A DNA stretch of 64,000 nucleotides from IMG/VR virus record IMGVR_UViG_3300018494_000099; one strand, 5' to 3'. Source of the DNA: an uncultured virus (IMG/VR IMGVR_UViG_3300018494_000099). Its lineage: Duplodnaviria > Heunggongvirae > Uroviricota > Caudoviricetes. Below, in pieces: positions 22,218-35,192 of this stretch. A program made the translations under genes and the position numbers. The notes below the pieces were generated by a model. That model had not been told where the DNA came from, made no database searches, and saw only the letters and a list, made by a program, of their open reading frames with translations. The first letter of the stretch is position 1. Each line of letters opens with the position of its first letter.

Positions 22218-24608
22218 TTAAAGGCTGGTCGCAAGAAGAAAAGTCTGAGTGTTTCCAAACTTATTAATCATAGTCTCAACCAGGACTATATCCTTAAATC
22301 CGAGTTCTGCCCAAATCGTATCGAAGCAGACTCTATCTGTAATACTAAAAGTACAAGCAGTATCGTCTGCAAATGAAATGCTCTCACACTGGAAAGCTCT
22401 TCTCAGACCGAGTCGGAAAGCATGGGCAAGTCTTTCTACCATAGTTGCCTCGGCAGTTTTCTTTGTAGACTTCTCAGTACCGATCGCGGAAGTAATGTCA
22501 TCAATAGTCTTCTTCGCTGCAGCACTCATAGCTCTTCCTGCTTTAGTAGGTCTTTCACTCTTGTTAGCTTTCTTGGAAGTCTTAAGGTCTGCCCAGAGAT
22601 CGACACTGAACCAGTCTTCGAGATTAGGAACATCAGCAGTAAGCTCAGTAGCAGTATCCTCAAAGATCTGATAGATTCTCTGTGCCTGTCTGTCTTTGTC
22701 ACGAGCTTCGTTCAGAGCATGAAGAGTAGCAACACAGTCTTCAGTATAATCCTGATAGATTACTTCCTTACCAGAAAGTGCCTTCTTAATTCTCTTGATG
22801 GTCTCGCTGTGTTCCTTCGAAGGCTTTGCACCTTCGTAAGTACTGTAGTCACTGTTATAGATAAGGTTCTCTGCATTGTTGGTAAAGTCGAAAACAATAC
22901 CTTCGGGATTAGGTCTATCAGACTTAACAACTATTCTGCCGAGCTGCTGAAGATACAGACGAGTAGAATTTGTTTTACGGAACATGATGAGAGTATTGAT
23001 TCCATTGTAGTGAGCACCCTCATTTACCATAGCTACAGTAATCAAACACTTACTATGAGTATCTTTACTGTAATCCCTCTCGTCACTATTCTCGTTAGGG
23101 GCTTTATCATCGAACCATCTTTTAGTATCTGCCTTTACATCGTCTGCAAGTTTGCAGGTCAGGGTTCGCATGTAGTCAGAAGAAGCAAACTTCGGATCAT
23201 ACTTCTTCATGATAGCTTCAGCAAAAGGTATCTCGTCTTTGTTACTTACAAAGACAATAATCTTACGACGGTTATTCGGCATATGCTTTCTAAGAATGTT
23301 CTCGATCGGATTCTCGTTTGCCTGAAGATTAAGTCTCTCCCACAGAAGCATTCCTGCCGCACCGTGTTTAGCAAAGTCATCTTTAACATCTTCCATTCTG
23401 TAGATAGACTGGATGTAACCGAAGGGGTGAATATTTCCATTCTGAATTCCATCTGCCAGATTCAAACCGTAGCAAATTCGACCGCCGAAGATAGAGTCGG
23501 TTCCGTCAAACTGTTTTGAAGTAGGAGTAGCAGTAAGACCGATGATCTTAATATTAGTTTCTTTCAGAGCATGAACAACTCCCTCTCCCCATCTCTCTGC
23601 ATCAAGATGATGAGCTTCGTCACAGATGATTACACTGTACTGCGAAAGGTCTCTGAGTCTGTAGTCATTCATAAAAGTCTGGTAATTAAGAATATCTGCA
23701 TTTGCTCCAAGGTCTGTCCAGTTACGAGCATCTTCCCAACCCGTTTTGATAGTATCGCCAGGACCGAGAACCAGAGCTTTACCACCCACGAGTCTAAGAT
23801 ACTCAAGAGCTGTAGTAGTCTTTCCTCCGCCTGTACAGATATAAACCAAAGCAGACTGATTAGTTCTGAAGTAAGTAATGAGATCTGCGAAAGCACCGAC
23901 ATTATAATCGAAGAGCTTTGTATTCAAAGCTGCGGACTTAAGCTCTTCGTATACTGCAAGACGACCGCCTTCAGCACCGTCTTTCTTAGGAAGAATACAA
24001 ATCATCTCAAGAAGTTCTTCAGGTGTCTTGTCGAGTCGCTGTCTGATAAATGCAGAAGTGCAGAAACGATTTACTACCTTCAACCAAGCATCTCGGTTAT
24101 CAGTGATTACATTATTATAGTTGTAGTTACAACCCTTACCATCTTCGTTCTTGCTGCTGTACCAAGAAGTATCAGCATTACACATGATAGAGTTAATAGC
24201 AAGAAGCATCCACTGTACTCCACCAGGACCAGTAAGGTCTTCTTGATCATTGTCTGCTACATCAACATTCTGCTCTGCAATCAGAAGATGTTCCCAAGCA
24301 TGCTCGAGAAGATTACCATAGCACATGTTCTCTGCTTTCTGATACTCTGCAGAAGCAGTGACTGCAATATCAGGATTAGAAAGAGAAGGAACTATATCTT
24401 CACAGATGTGATGATACTGAAGACCGTCAGCTCCATGACCAACCTTGTTATTCTTCGTAGGCTTTCCAGTCTTATCAGAAATACGAAGCTCGCCGTCTTC
24501 AGTGATTCTAAAATAGTCTTCTCTTGTGTATCCGAGAGCATCATATTTTTCCTGCAGAAACTTACTTGCCTCTCTATAGTCATTAATCTCAAATACAGAC
24601 TTTATCAT
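22218..24608 (-). CDS. SF2 (Res-III-like) helicase with N-terminal HNH-like nuclease domain
   Basis: TGGGKT, IICDEAHH, GLTATP, EG, QQLGR helicase motifs; N-terminal YHHICED...NLLEHAWEH His cluster. Confidence 0.8.
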   Translation of the reverse strand: MIKSVFEINDYREASKFLQEKYDALGYTREDYFRITEDGELRISDKTGKPTKNNKVGHGADGLQYHHICEDIVPSLSNPDIAVTASAEYQKAENMCYGNLLEHAWEHLLIAEQNVDVADNDQEDLTGPGGVQWMLLAINSIMCNADTSWYSSKNEDGKGCNYNYNNVITDNRDAWLKVVNRFCTSAFIRQRLDKTPEELLEMICILPKKDGAEGGRLAVYEELKSAALNTKLFDYNVGAFADLITYFRTNQSALVYICTGGGKTTTALEYLRLVGGKALVLGPGDTIKTGWEDARNWTDLGANADILNYQTFMNDYRLRDLSQYSVIICDEAHHLDAERWGEGVVHALKETNIKIIGLTATPTSKQFDGTDSIFGGRICYGLNLADGIQNGNIHPFGYIQSIYRMEDVKDDFAKHGAAGMLLWERLNLQANENPIENILRKHMPNNRRKIIVFVSNKDEIPFAEAIMKKYDPKFASSDYMRTLTCKLADDVKADTKRWFDDKAPNENSDERDYSKDTHSKCLITVAMVNEGAHYNGINTLIMFRKTNSTRLYLQQLGRIVVKSDRPNPEGIVFDFTNNAENLIYNSDYSTYEGAKPSKEHSETIKRIKKALSGKEVIYQDYTEDCVATLHALNEARDKDRQAQRIYQIFEDTATELTADVPNLEDWFSVDLWADLKTSKKANKSERPTKAGRAMSAAAKKTIDDITSAIGTEKSTKKTAEATMVERLAHAFRLGLRRAFQCESISFADDTACTFSITDRVCFDTIWAELGFKDIVLVETMINKFGNTQTFLLATSL

Positions 24609-27600
24609 GTGTAACCTCCAAATTATCTTACATTATATTATACAATATGTAATTTATAATTTTTACTTTTTGTTATCAGTTTTTACCAGTGCTCCTTACA
24701 TTATATATTATATCACAAAATCCGACAAAATGTGCTAATAAACCGTTAATAAATTGTAAATAAAAAAGAACCATACCGTCTATCGATACAGTTCTTTTTA
24801 TTCATTAGAAGCTTTCGACATTGAGGTCAGCATCCAGAATCTCAACAATATTTCCAGAGTAGCTAGGATTCTCGGATACAGTGAGTACCTTGAATCTAGT
24901 AGGATACTGACGGAAGCCGTCGTGAGAAAGGATTCTGAAGCACTGTCCTTCCTTCATCTCTATCTTAGATTTGAACTCAAGGTTCATCGGCCAGTGGCTG
25001 GATTCTACTGTGTAATAAAACATATTAGGTTTCTCCTTTCACTTATTCGTTAATGGTCTTAACAAGTTTCATTTCAGGAGCACCCTCACCTGTATAGACA
25101 CCTGTGATTTCCATAATCCTAAAAGGATAAGGCCAACCGCCTAAGGTACCAGAGTCAGCATCATTACATCTATCCTCTGCTTCCTCAACTGTATCATAAG
25201 TATCAAACCTAGTCAGACTTTCGAAGTTCGGGGTAGTGGTATAATAGCTGTGGCGGGAGGAGTAAGTCAAGAACTCATTTTCATAACCAGGACCATCGTC
25301 TGTAACCACAACATACTTTCTAACCTTTTTAATTGCCATTTTAATATCTCCTTATTAATTATGTATTTGTTTTATAATTATATTATAACATGTTTTGATT
25401 CATTTGTAAACCCCTTTTGGTGATTGTTTACAATTTGTTCACAATTATGTTTAAACCATACTTACCAGCTCAAGCTGAATAGTATCCTTACCGGGAGAAT
25501 ACATAGAAGACCACTCTCTAGTAATCTTTGCAAGTGCCAGACCTTCAGCTACCTTATCGGAATCTGCATGCACTACAATAGTCTTATGCAAGGGCTCAGA
25601 GCCATTTACTCGTACCTTATAAGTATACATTTTCTTTTCCATAATCATTCTTCCTTCCTTTTATATTTTATATAGCTCCCTCTCGAGGATGTCTTTTTCT
25701 ACCATTATATTATACAGTATTAACCAAATAAATGTAGCCGGCTAAATAAATATTTTTATAGGTAAAGAAAAAGCACCCATGAGATAACCACAGGTGCTCT
25801 TTTAAATTATTAACCCAATCGTCTGATACGTCCGCCGGAAGTATTTATCACTACGTCGCCGAACTCTGAGAAGTGCTCATTGTCTAAGTTCCAAACGTAA
25901 GAGTTAACGTAGAAAGTATCCGGGTGCAAGGTATCCATGATACACTCATCAACACTCTGAGTATTCTTAGTTACGCATAACATGGACCAGCACTCCCCGA
26001 ACTCTAACCACTCATGAGTAATAGCATAGACTAAGACATCATTAGCTTCCTGCACTTTCTTTACCTTATCCTGTAGTACCAGGTCATTAAACAGATAATA
26101 CCCCGCGAATCTTTCGAAGAACATCGGTATATCTTCCCTCTCGAATTTCTTTATGTACGGTCTGTAGATGTCTAGCTTCTTTAAACATTGAATTGCAATT
26201 TCTTTCTGGCTCATGTTAATTTTCCTCCTTGGAATTATTTGTAAAACCATTTATGCATCAAGTCAGTCACGTAGCATCTATTATTACGTGCGATGACATA
26301 GAAGCCGCCACTTTCATTACGATACAATCTTAACTTTCGATGAAACACTATTCTTCCCGCCTGCTCCGAGCATACATACTGCAGGATCATCTTATCTGAG
26401 CTAACACTCGTGAGTGGTGTCTGGTAAAGAGTGCAGTTGTTATTACATGAAATAAAATTAGTTTCGCTAAGCTTCTTCATAGGTGCTTCCTCCTCTTTAA
26501 TGAGCTACTCGATTTCTTCAATAGAAATGATTTCGTACTCGCAGTCTGGATCAATGTCGAGACCGTAGAACTTCTTACACTCTTCTAGCGAGCTACAGAT
26601 ACACTGTTGCTCAGACCACTTACCGTCTTTTGAATACTGGTCTCTGTACTTAAATTTAATAAGTAACATTTAAAGCACCTCCTTCTTTACCACATTATAC
26701 CATATAATAAAACAAAATGTGCTACAAAATTACGAACTTTTAAAAAAATATAAAAAAAAATAAGGGAACCGAAGCTCCCTTATTATTAACGAGTAGCTTA
26801 GCGCAGCTCTGTACAATCTCTTACAACTACACTGTTGCCAAAGTCTTGCTGAAATCGGTAGATAGCGTCATTTCTATCGTAGGCTTCTACAATCATCGAT
26901 CTACGCTTATCACCGGACTTTACATTATTATCATAATAGACTACCTTAAAAGTTTTAGTTGCTCCCATAAGTTATTCTCCTTTTGTATTTTCTATTTTAT
27001 TATACGATACTGTATTAATTAGTTTCACCGTCGAGCTCGATTATTTGGATCGGAACAACTACTGCTCTTTCTCCGGGTCTCTTACGCTCATTAATCTCTC
27101 GACAAGAACTTTCTGCAGTTCCTTTGACTCTGTAAATAGAAGCCTGATTAAAGTAAGGTCCCCAGCGATTAACTCCTTTACCTCTGAAGTAGAGTCCTGT
27201 ATCCGGGTTCTTAAGTACGTAGTAGTTCATGTTAATCCTCCGAATGTTCTTTAGTAATTCTTTCCCATTCGCCGAGAAGCCAAGTAGCAAGCTCTTCCGC
27301 ATCGTCTTCCCACTCGAGAGCGACACAGGTATCATCTACGTTTCCTTCCTCGTCGAAGGGCATGTTCATCATCTCAAAGTCGGTGTAAGCGTAAGGTCCT
27401 TCGTTCATGGCGATCTTAACACACATCGCATACTTTGGATTAGTCTTACTTACACAAAGAAGATCATCCCAGCTTTCTGAGAAGCCTTCCATCCAGCCGC
27501 CGATAATAGAGAAAGGTGAATCCTTTGTTCCCTTAAACCATGAGATGAGAATGTCGCTATCTCCTTTAGCGAGTTCCTTAAGCTGCTCGATCCATTCAGC

Positions 27601-27902
27601 GAGATTTTTAATAGTAGTCTTGTTAGTCATTTGTATTATGTAACTCCTTTTTAACTTTTGTAAATTTATTGCCAGTGATACTTTTCGTTTAAAGCTTTGT
27701 AATTATGAATCCAGTTGCAGAGTATTTCATCTGCTTCTTTTCTGGAAAGCTCAGGGCAGAACTCTTTCAGATAAGGTGAAGCACCGAACATATTAGTAAT
27801 ACCGCTTTTGCGGATTGCTTCTAATACATTATAGTAAGCTTCCCACTCTTCTTTAATAGGATACTTTTCAGTATTGTTCATAGGGCGGTCTCCTTTGTTT
27901 TT

Positions 27903-27967
27903 CTTACACTTATATTATAACATATTTTCGGTGATTTGTAAACTGACAAATTAGACGAAGTTTTCGG
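27903..27967 (-). promoter_or_regulatory. repeated sigma-A-type promoter module (copy 1 of 6)
   Basis: TTTACA-N17-TATAAT with TG extension and upstream TTCGTCTAATTTGTCAG element. Confidence 0.8.
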
Positions 27968-29315
27968 TTCTTTTATTGCCTGTCCTGTGCATATTGTATG
28001 AAGCTTCGTGATTTCGGTATAACCATCAGCCCAAACAGTTTTAAAATAGTTTCTGGTGGTATCAATAAACTCTTCTACTTCACACCCTGAGATAGACCCG
28101 GAATTAACCCGGATCCACCGCAGAGTATGAAATCTCACTTCGCCGTTCATCAGCTCTCTAGCTCCACAGGTTCCCAACCGAGTTCTACCTGTGCTCTATA
28201 AATTCTCACTTCCTCGTAGTATCCACCATCAAGATAAGAAGCGATAGTTCTAAGGTTAGCTATATTACTGCACCCTGTTGACTGAGTAGCCAGCATTGCT
28301 CCACCCTCGAAGTGAAGGATTAACCACTCCTTGAATCTCATTGTATCGCCGATTTCTTTCTGATAGACTTCATACTCTATCTTCTCAATCAAAGAGCCGG
28401 CAGGCTTCATCTGGAATACCTGGTCAAGGGCTTCAATAAATCTCTTCTTCTCAGACCACATAGCAACTTTTTCTTCAAATGTCATTTTCTGTATCCTCCT
28501 TAGTTTTACTTTTATAACTATATTATAACATATTTCACCACGAATAGATACAGGAAAAGCACACGAGATTTATTTAATTACTTAGTCGTTATATACAATG
28601 TGAGAAAGAACGCGGTCTGCTTTTCTAAATGCGCTCAGGTCAATGTCTATCTTATGCTGCCTGAGTTTCTCACAGCGGGTTTCGCAGAACCTCTCGTTTC
28701 TCTGTACTCTCATAAGCATGTAAGCGACTTCTTCCGGGGTTGTATCGAACTTACCGTATCCGTCGTCTTCTCCATAGCCGTAGGTCTTTACTTCTATAGT
28801 AAGCTTAGACTCAGGTTTGCATTCCTTAAGAAAGTCCTGAAAGATAGTCCAGTCGATAAGGTCAGCGTAGCAGACAGGTGATCCGCTCACGAGACCTCTC
28901 GAAACGAATGTAGTGGTGTTTGCTCTACAAGTAATGTCCGAAAAGATAATCATATTAGTTGTCTCCTTCAAAAATAGATACCTGAGATGTTTTAAAAATC
29001 CCTCTATTAACAAGCTCACCCTCATACTCGGTAGCTCTCTCAGCAGCTCTACTCTGAAGCCCAAGCTTTTTAGCAACGTCAGAAGTAGAATCATCAAGAG
29101 CTTTAGTATAGAGTACCCAAAGTTCCTGGTCAGTAAGAGCTTCCAAGGGTTTATCTTTTAATGTTATTATTCTTACGTATTCACCTATCGGGCATTCTTT
29201 AAAGTCTTTAAGGTCTGGCATCTTTTATTTAATCTCCTTAACTTTATTTATATTTATATTATATCATACAAATATTTCTAAAATTAGTTATTTTTGTGAA
29301 CAAATTGTAAATAAA

Positions 29316-29341
29316 AACCGACCATTAAAAAGAATGGTCGG
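29316..29341 (-). terminator. intrinsic terminator
   Basis: CCGACCATT-loop-AATGGTCGG followed by U-tract on the minus strand. Confidence 0.75.
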
Positions 29342-30831
29342 CATTTGTTTTTAATCTTCTTCAATCTCGAAATCTTCAAGCTTAGAATATGGAATCTCAA
29401 GTTCTTTCTCAATAGCATCAAAGAGATAACGACTCAGAGTGCGAGCTTCTTCTGCGGTAAGACCTTTTGCTTTGAATCTTATTTCATAATCCAGAAGTTC
29501 TTCTTCCTCTTCTTCATAATCGTCTTCTTCGTAATCGGGTTCTGGCCACTCCTCAATCATAGTCTCATCTTCAGGAATACGCTTTTCGAAATCTGTCATT
29601 TTTGTTTTACCTCTCTTATTTAATTATTACATCGTTAATTTCTCTATCGTAGTAAACTTCAATATAGCACCAAGGTTCCGGTACAGCTGCCATAGTGATA
29701 GTAGCAGAAGGATCGGTCTTATTCAGAAGCTCCTGTAGTTCTCTTACATTTCTAGCTGTTCCGATATATTCCATCTTAACCCTCCAGTTCGAAGTTAGCA
29801 TAGATAGTATCCGCCATATCCTGATTACCCAAGTGGCAGACAGCAACGTAGGTATGTACTGACTCAAGCTCCTTAGCATAAGCGAGAGCTTCTTCTTTCG
29901 GCAGAAGCATTTTAAGTTTCAGTTGTCCTTTTACTTCACCTGCGAAAACTACGTATCTATTCATCTTAATCTGTCCTCCAGCTTCTTAAGTCTTTCTTCA
30001 TACTTCTTCATGACCTCGCGGTCGATCTTATTTGCGGCTACAAGTTCCTGCACGAGTTCGTACATTGTGTCATCCCTCTCCTGCTTCTTCTCGAGCAGCT
30101 CAATCCTGTCGCAGTTATATTCAATGATAGAAGCAACAAACCAGATCATTGAGTTAATAAACCAACAGAGAGCAGCAAAGCAGTTATTAAGATTTTCTCT
30201 CAGCCCTTCAAGAGTGCTTTCATCTGCTCCCGGCTGAAAAAGAAAGATGATAAAAAGTACAATACTTACCGTACCAAAGATTACTCTGAACCACTGAGTT
30301 TTCCAATAACTTACCATAACTTTTACCTCACTTAAATGTAATTGCCGCAATCTCAGAGACTGAGATAGTAGTTGTGCCGAAAGTAAGTTGGCCTTTGTCA
30401 GCAGTATGACTGGACATATAGTTCTCAACGTCCTTTCGCATCGACTCGATAGCTTTGAATACTCTAGTATCCTTGCTATTGAACTTGATAGAATCTTCTA
30501 CCTTTACTCCTGATTTCAGGATACAGGTCATCGTTACTTTCTTCTTCATTAGTCATCTCCCCATTTAATAAGAATGTAGTTATCGTAACCGTTAGGTCCG
30601 TCGTAGTAGACATGCTCTGCTTCGAAGCCCTGCTCCTTAAGCTGTCTTACTACTTCAGCCCCAGTCTTTTCCGGGCTGGGAACTCCCTCGAAACTTACTG
30701 TAGTATGGAAATGTCCGTTATTGATCGCGTCCTGAATTGGGATTCCTGTATTGTTAATAATAAATTCTTTAGCCATAACAACAAGTCTGTCGTTAGTTGC
30801 GGCTCTCGCTTCTTTTGCAGTCATCATTTCT

Positions 30832-31245
30832 TTAATCCTCCGGTTGATTATGATTAGTCATATACTTTCCACAGTGTGGGCAGAACTTAGATTTGACAGG
30901 AAGTCTGCGGTAGTTATTGAGAGCAGAATATTTACAGTTAGAACAGTAGGGATGTGCTTCAAGGTCCTCTGGAAAATCCACAAGCCACTCAGCTTCAGTA
31001 TCCTTAAATTCCTTAGGTTCTGAAATTGCTACAATCTCGTATTCCATATCAGGGGCGAAGTACTTTTTCTTCTTGATTACTTCGATCTGCTCTTCTGCTT
31101 TTTCTTTCCAGTGATAGACCTGAGCTTTTCTGAGTTGCGGGTCAAAGTAGGAATTACCACACCAGTATCCGCCGGCAGAAGTTTTAATTACCCAATTTCC
31201 TTTAGTTTTCACGCTTTTGCCTCCTGAAGACATTCTTCGTTCCAC
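30832..31245 (-). CDS. protein with C-terminal zinc ribbon
   Basis: AEW...YCSNCK...KFCPHCGKYM. Confidence 0.65.
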   Translation of the reverse strand: MERRMSSGGKSVKTKGNWVIKTSAGGYWCGNSYFDPQLRKAQVYHWKEKAEEQIEVIKKKKYFAPDMEYEIVAISEPKEFKDTEAEWLVDFPEDLEAHPYCSNCKYSALNNYRRLPVKSKFCPHCGKYMTNHNQPED

Positions 31246-33723
31246 CAGCCAGTGAAGCCGGAAACTTTGTATTGAGCAACTCCGTTGTGCTCTCTTAAGT
31301 CTGTAATCTTTCCGCCGATAGCAGAAGAAGTGTTACCAAAACCTCCGCCTCCGAAGAAAGAAGAGAACATATCGGTGAACTTAATCTGCACCTGAGTACC
31401 TTTCTTAAACTTAAAGCTCATCTCAGATCTCCTTAGGTATAAGCGTTAATCCAGTGGGTAATGCGCTTTTTCATCTCTTTCTCAAAGATACGAGCTTCCT
31501 CAAGAGAAGAGAAACCATACTGAAACGTTACGCAGTCAGTGTGAAAAGTGTCTACATTCGGATACATCTCCTGAATAAACTCTCTGAACTTATCCCAAAG
31601 ATCTTCGTCCTGAGAAAGTCCGTAAAGAGTGTCCTGCATATTCTGAGCCCACTCAATCTGCCATCCAAGGTATTCGTTATGTACTATCATCTTAAGCCTC
31701 CTCGATTTCAAGATTTGCGAGATCGTAGATTTCCATACTTTCGTTCATAGCATCGAAGAAACATTTCTTCATTGCTCTCAGGTCATCAGGGGTAAGCTTA
31801 GCAGAGAAAGAAATTCTGTACCACTTTGCTTCCTCAAGAGGAAGAACCTCAAACTCAGACTCTCCAGAACTCTCTGTATCGCATTTTGTCTCGGGGCCCT
31901 GTAAAGTATCCGCCTCAGTATCCAAAGCAAGCTGTGCGCGAAATTCTGACTCCGTGGCGAGTCCTGCAAAAACAGACTCAGGAAATACTTCGTCCTCCAT
32001 ATCATTTACATAATAATGCGGTTTGTTGTTATAAGCTTTAGCAATACCTGTAATCTTTGCAACAGTCCCTGCTCTCCACGCAAGTCCGCAAGTAGGATTA
32101 GTGAACTTACTTTTGAATCTTATGTAGTCTCCTACGTTGTACTTATACTGAATGATGCTCATTATATTCTTCCTCCGTAACTTCATAAATTTCATAATCT
32201 GCGGGATTAAATACTGAGAGTACAGGAAACTCACAACCTTTTTCAGGAACATACTCAAAATAGCTGCAGTATCCGTTTCTAGCAACCATCTTAAAGAAAC
32301 GTTTAGTCATATCTCATCGTCCTCCTCAACTTCAATTTCAAGGTCTTCAGAGTCTTCAAACCAATCTTCGAGCTGACTGTCATAGTAGCGATTGGTAACT
32401 ACATAAGAGCTATCTTCTGTGTCAATCCACCACTCTCCCATACATCTAGGAAAAGTCTGAATAAGATCATTGACTTCGTCGATAGTCTTACACTCAGAAA
32501 TTGCTGCCCAGCAGTCATTGATATGATTAAATACTTTCATCTTTCGTAATCCTCCAAGTTTCGTTTACAAATATATTATACCCCATAATTACTACGTAGA
32601 TATTATATATTTGTAAACGAATTGTGAATATGTAAAATTATTTAAAATTCTTCCACACAACATCATTGATGTCGTCGTTATCTTCCGGCATATAAACTAC
32701 CTCAAAGTACTTATAGACATTTTCAGACTTAAGCGCCACAGCGCCTACCATAGCGTCTTCTTTAGTCTTATAGGCACAGATAGGATACAGGTCATCTTTC
32801 TTCTTACCTGCGTTAAGAATATAAGGAAAGCTTTCAGTCTTCTTCATCTTCTGTGTCCTCCACATAAATCTCATTTGCTTTAAGCATTTCTGCTACGTCG
32901 TCTTCGCTCATCCATTTGAGCGCGCACTCTGCAAGAGTCTTATAGTCAATAAGACCTTCGTCTGCGAGCTCAAGAGCTCTGCAAGTTGTTTTACGAACTT
33001 CTGCGAACTCGGGTCTTTTAATTATGTTCCAGCCAAAAGAACTATCTGTCATATTATTCTTCCTCCTCATCAAAATCGATATAGTCTTCAAGGTCTTCTT
33101 TACAGGTTACTGGCCGTGGTGTCGCAGTCGTTCCTGCACTATAATCATAGAGATAGTAATCGTTGTAAGCTTCTTCACTTTCCCAGATTGCCGCGAGTAT
33201 GTGCATAGCAACATTAAAGCTACTGTCATCGATCTTACTCTTTGCAAAATCAATGAGCACATCTTCTGTAGTAAGGTCGTCTACGTTCTCATAAGCCCAC
33301 TCGAGAAGCTCATCAAGTGTCATAGCTTCAAACTCTTCTCTCGTCATTGTCGGCATCATAACTAAGTTCCTCCTTAATATTGAGTAGTAGCCCTTAGGCC
33401 ACTACTCTTCTCTTAGGTCTATACCACATACCATTGATAACAGCGTCGTGGCAAAGCTTATCAACTGCTTCTTTAGTTTCGCAGGCTTCAAGGTTTTCTG
33501 TAAAACGTCTCTTTGCGTCTGCCTCAATAAAAGCAGGCATAATCATTACTTTGACCATACGGATCATTTCTTCAGTAGACACGCTCGGCTCATTAAGCAT
33601 AAGCTTAATATTATTGCAGTTCTCTCTGAGCTCTTTCGAATAGCAACCTTTAACTTTAGTAAGGTTCATAACAATTTCCTCTTTCGTATAATATGTATTT
33701 TTTTGTAAGTCTGTTTCCTCCGA

Positions 33724-33821
33724 CTTACATTTATATTATAACATGTTTTCGCCCATTTGTAAACTGACGAAATAGACAAAGTTTCGGAAATTTATAAACG
33801 AAATCCTGTCTATTTCGCCAG
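33724..33821 (-). promoter_or_regulatory. repeated promoter module (copy 2) with 15-bp inverted repeat
   Basis: -35 at 33758-33763, -10 at 33735-33740; CTGACGAAATAGACA (33764-33778) and TGTCTATTTCGCCAG (33807-33821). Confidence 0.8.
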
Positions 33822-34391
33822 CAGGCTAAAATTATTAACGAACGGAAGCAGTGAGCTTCTTCAAAAGCTCCTGCTTTGCTTTTTCCTTTGCACCGTACTC
33901 ATTGAGGGCTTCCACTGCGAAATCAAAGTCAACACCGGCGTAGGAAAGGGTTACAGTGTAAGGTCTATAAGAAGCATAGTGATATTTACCGGTGTTTCTG
34001 CCCTTAAGAAGCTCATAAAGCTCATAGCAATCACCGACAGTCACATTGCCGTGCATATAATAAGGAGATACACTACAACTGCGGTCCCATATCAGTCCGT
34101 TGTTTCCGCCGTCGTCAATCTCGATCTTGATGATCTGCTTAATCTTATTAGCGAAGAAGCTAACGACGTCCGGACATACGTAGTGGGTGTCCTCAAGATA
34201 AATATAGCCGTTCGCGTCAGTGCCGTAGTCCAGACTCTTCCAGTACTTTTCCATAGAGCGGGTGTTTTCCCAGATGCCGTCGCTCATCTGTCCGATGACA
34301 GAGCTAAGGATGTTAAGTCTCTTGTCGGTTGCAGGGATAGTAGTTGTAATTCTCATTTGTAGTTCCTCCAAAAATTAGTTTGTTCAATCAA

Positions 34392-34464
34392 CTTACATAT
34401 ATATTATAACATGAAATTGTCCAAAAGTAAACTGACAAAACCAACGAAATTTAAAAAATTTTTA
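34392..34464 (-). promoter_or_regulatory. repeated promoter module (copy 3)
   Basis: TTTACT-N17-TATAAT plus upstream GTCAG element. Confidence 0.75.
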
Positions 34465-34538
34465 TAAGTTTTCCTATGCAATCCGTATAAAATAAAAAGA
34501 GCCCTGAAATTAAGGCTCTTTAAATTACTGTATTTTAT

Positions 34539-35111
34539 TTAAATTTCATCAGACTCAGCAGCAGGTTTCTCAGATACTTCACTATTGGGTGTTACATAGA
34601 AAGTAATATAACAAGTACAAGCAACAGTAAGAGTACCATCAACTTCTACATAAGGATGAGAGTCGTGTCCATAATAACCGAAATATTCGTAATCTCCGAT
34701 ACCGCTATCTTCATAGCTAATATCATCTATCTCAGTATCAATAGTATCATTTTCATCAGCATCATCAAGCTCAAGCTGAACAGTGTAACCCTCAATTGTG
34801 GCTTCTTTAGTTTTAAAAGCATCTTCAACGTCAGTCGTGAGGCTGTTGGCGTATTCTATATCGCCATCTGCCGAATAAGCATCGTCCTCATCAGCAGCTG
34901 TCCAAGACGCTGCACGCGTAACCTCAATATCACCTGCGTGAGTAACTTCGATAGCAAGGTCGCCAGACATTTCATCTGCTTCTACCTTAGTAATCTCGAA
35001 GTCTACTTCATCAGTAAAGATATGTTCCGAGTTAATTGTTTTTATTAGCGCATCGGCAAAAGCTCTTTGCTCTTGTACAGAAACCTCAGCAAAATTTTCT
35101 ATAGTTGACAT
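34539..35111 (-). CDS. highly acidic hypothetical protein
   Basis: 190 aa, Asp/Glu-rich; AAGGAG RBS; TGCTAAATTAT at 35159-35169. Confidence 0.75.
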   Translation of the reverse strand: MSTIENFAEVSVQEQRAFADALIKTINSEHIFTDEVDFEITKVEADEMSGDLAIEVTHAGDIEVTRAASWTAADEDDAYSADGDIEYANSLTTDVEDAFKTKEATIEGYTVQLELDDADENDTIDTEIDDISYEDSGIGDYEYFGYYGHDSHPYVEVDGTLTVACTCYITFYVTPNSEVSEKPAAESDEI

Positions 35112-35192
35112 AAGTATGTTCTCCTTAATTTTATAAAATGGGTAAACTTAATACCTAAATAATTTAGCATTAAATTTACCCGTTAATTTTTA

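Larger units (their letters stand above)
24805..34371 (-). other. hypervariable array of small early-type hypothetical genes in promoter-headed cassettes
   Basis: More than 25 short ORFs with strong RBSs, separated by repeated promoter and terminator elements. Confidence 0.75.

Noticed and set aside
22422..24614. Long plus-strand ORFs (365 and 347 aa) antisense to the helicase
   Set aside because: Shadow ORFs caused by codon bias of the real minus-strand gene; no RBS or protein motifs.
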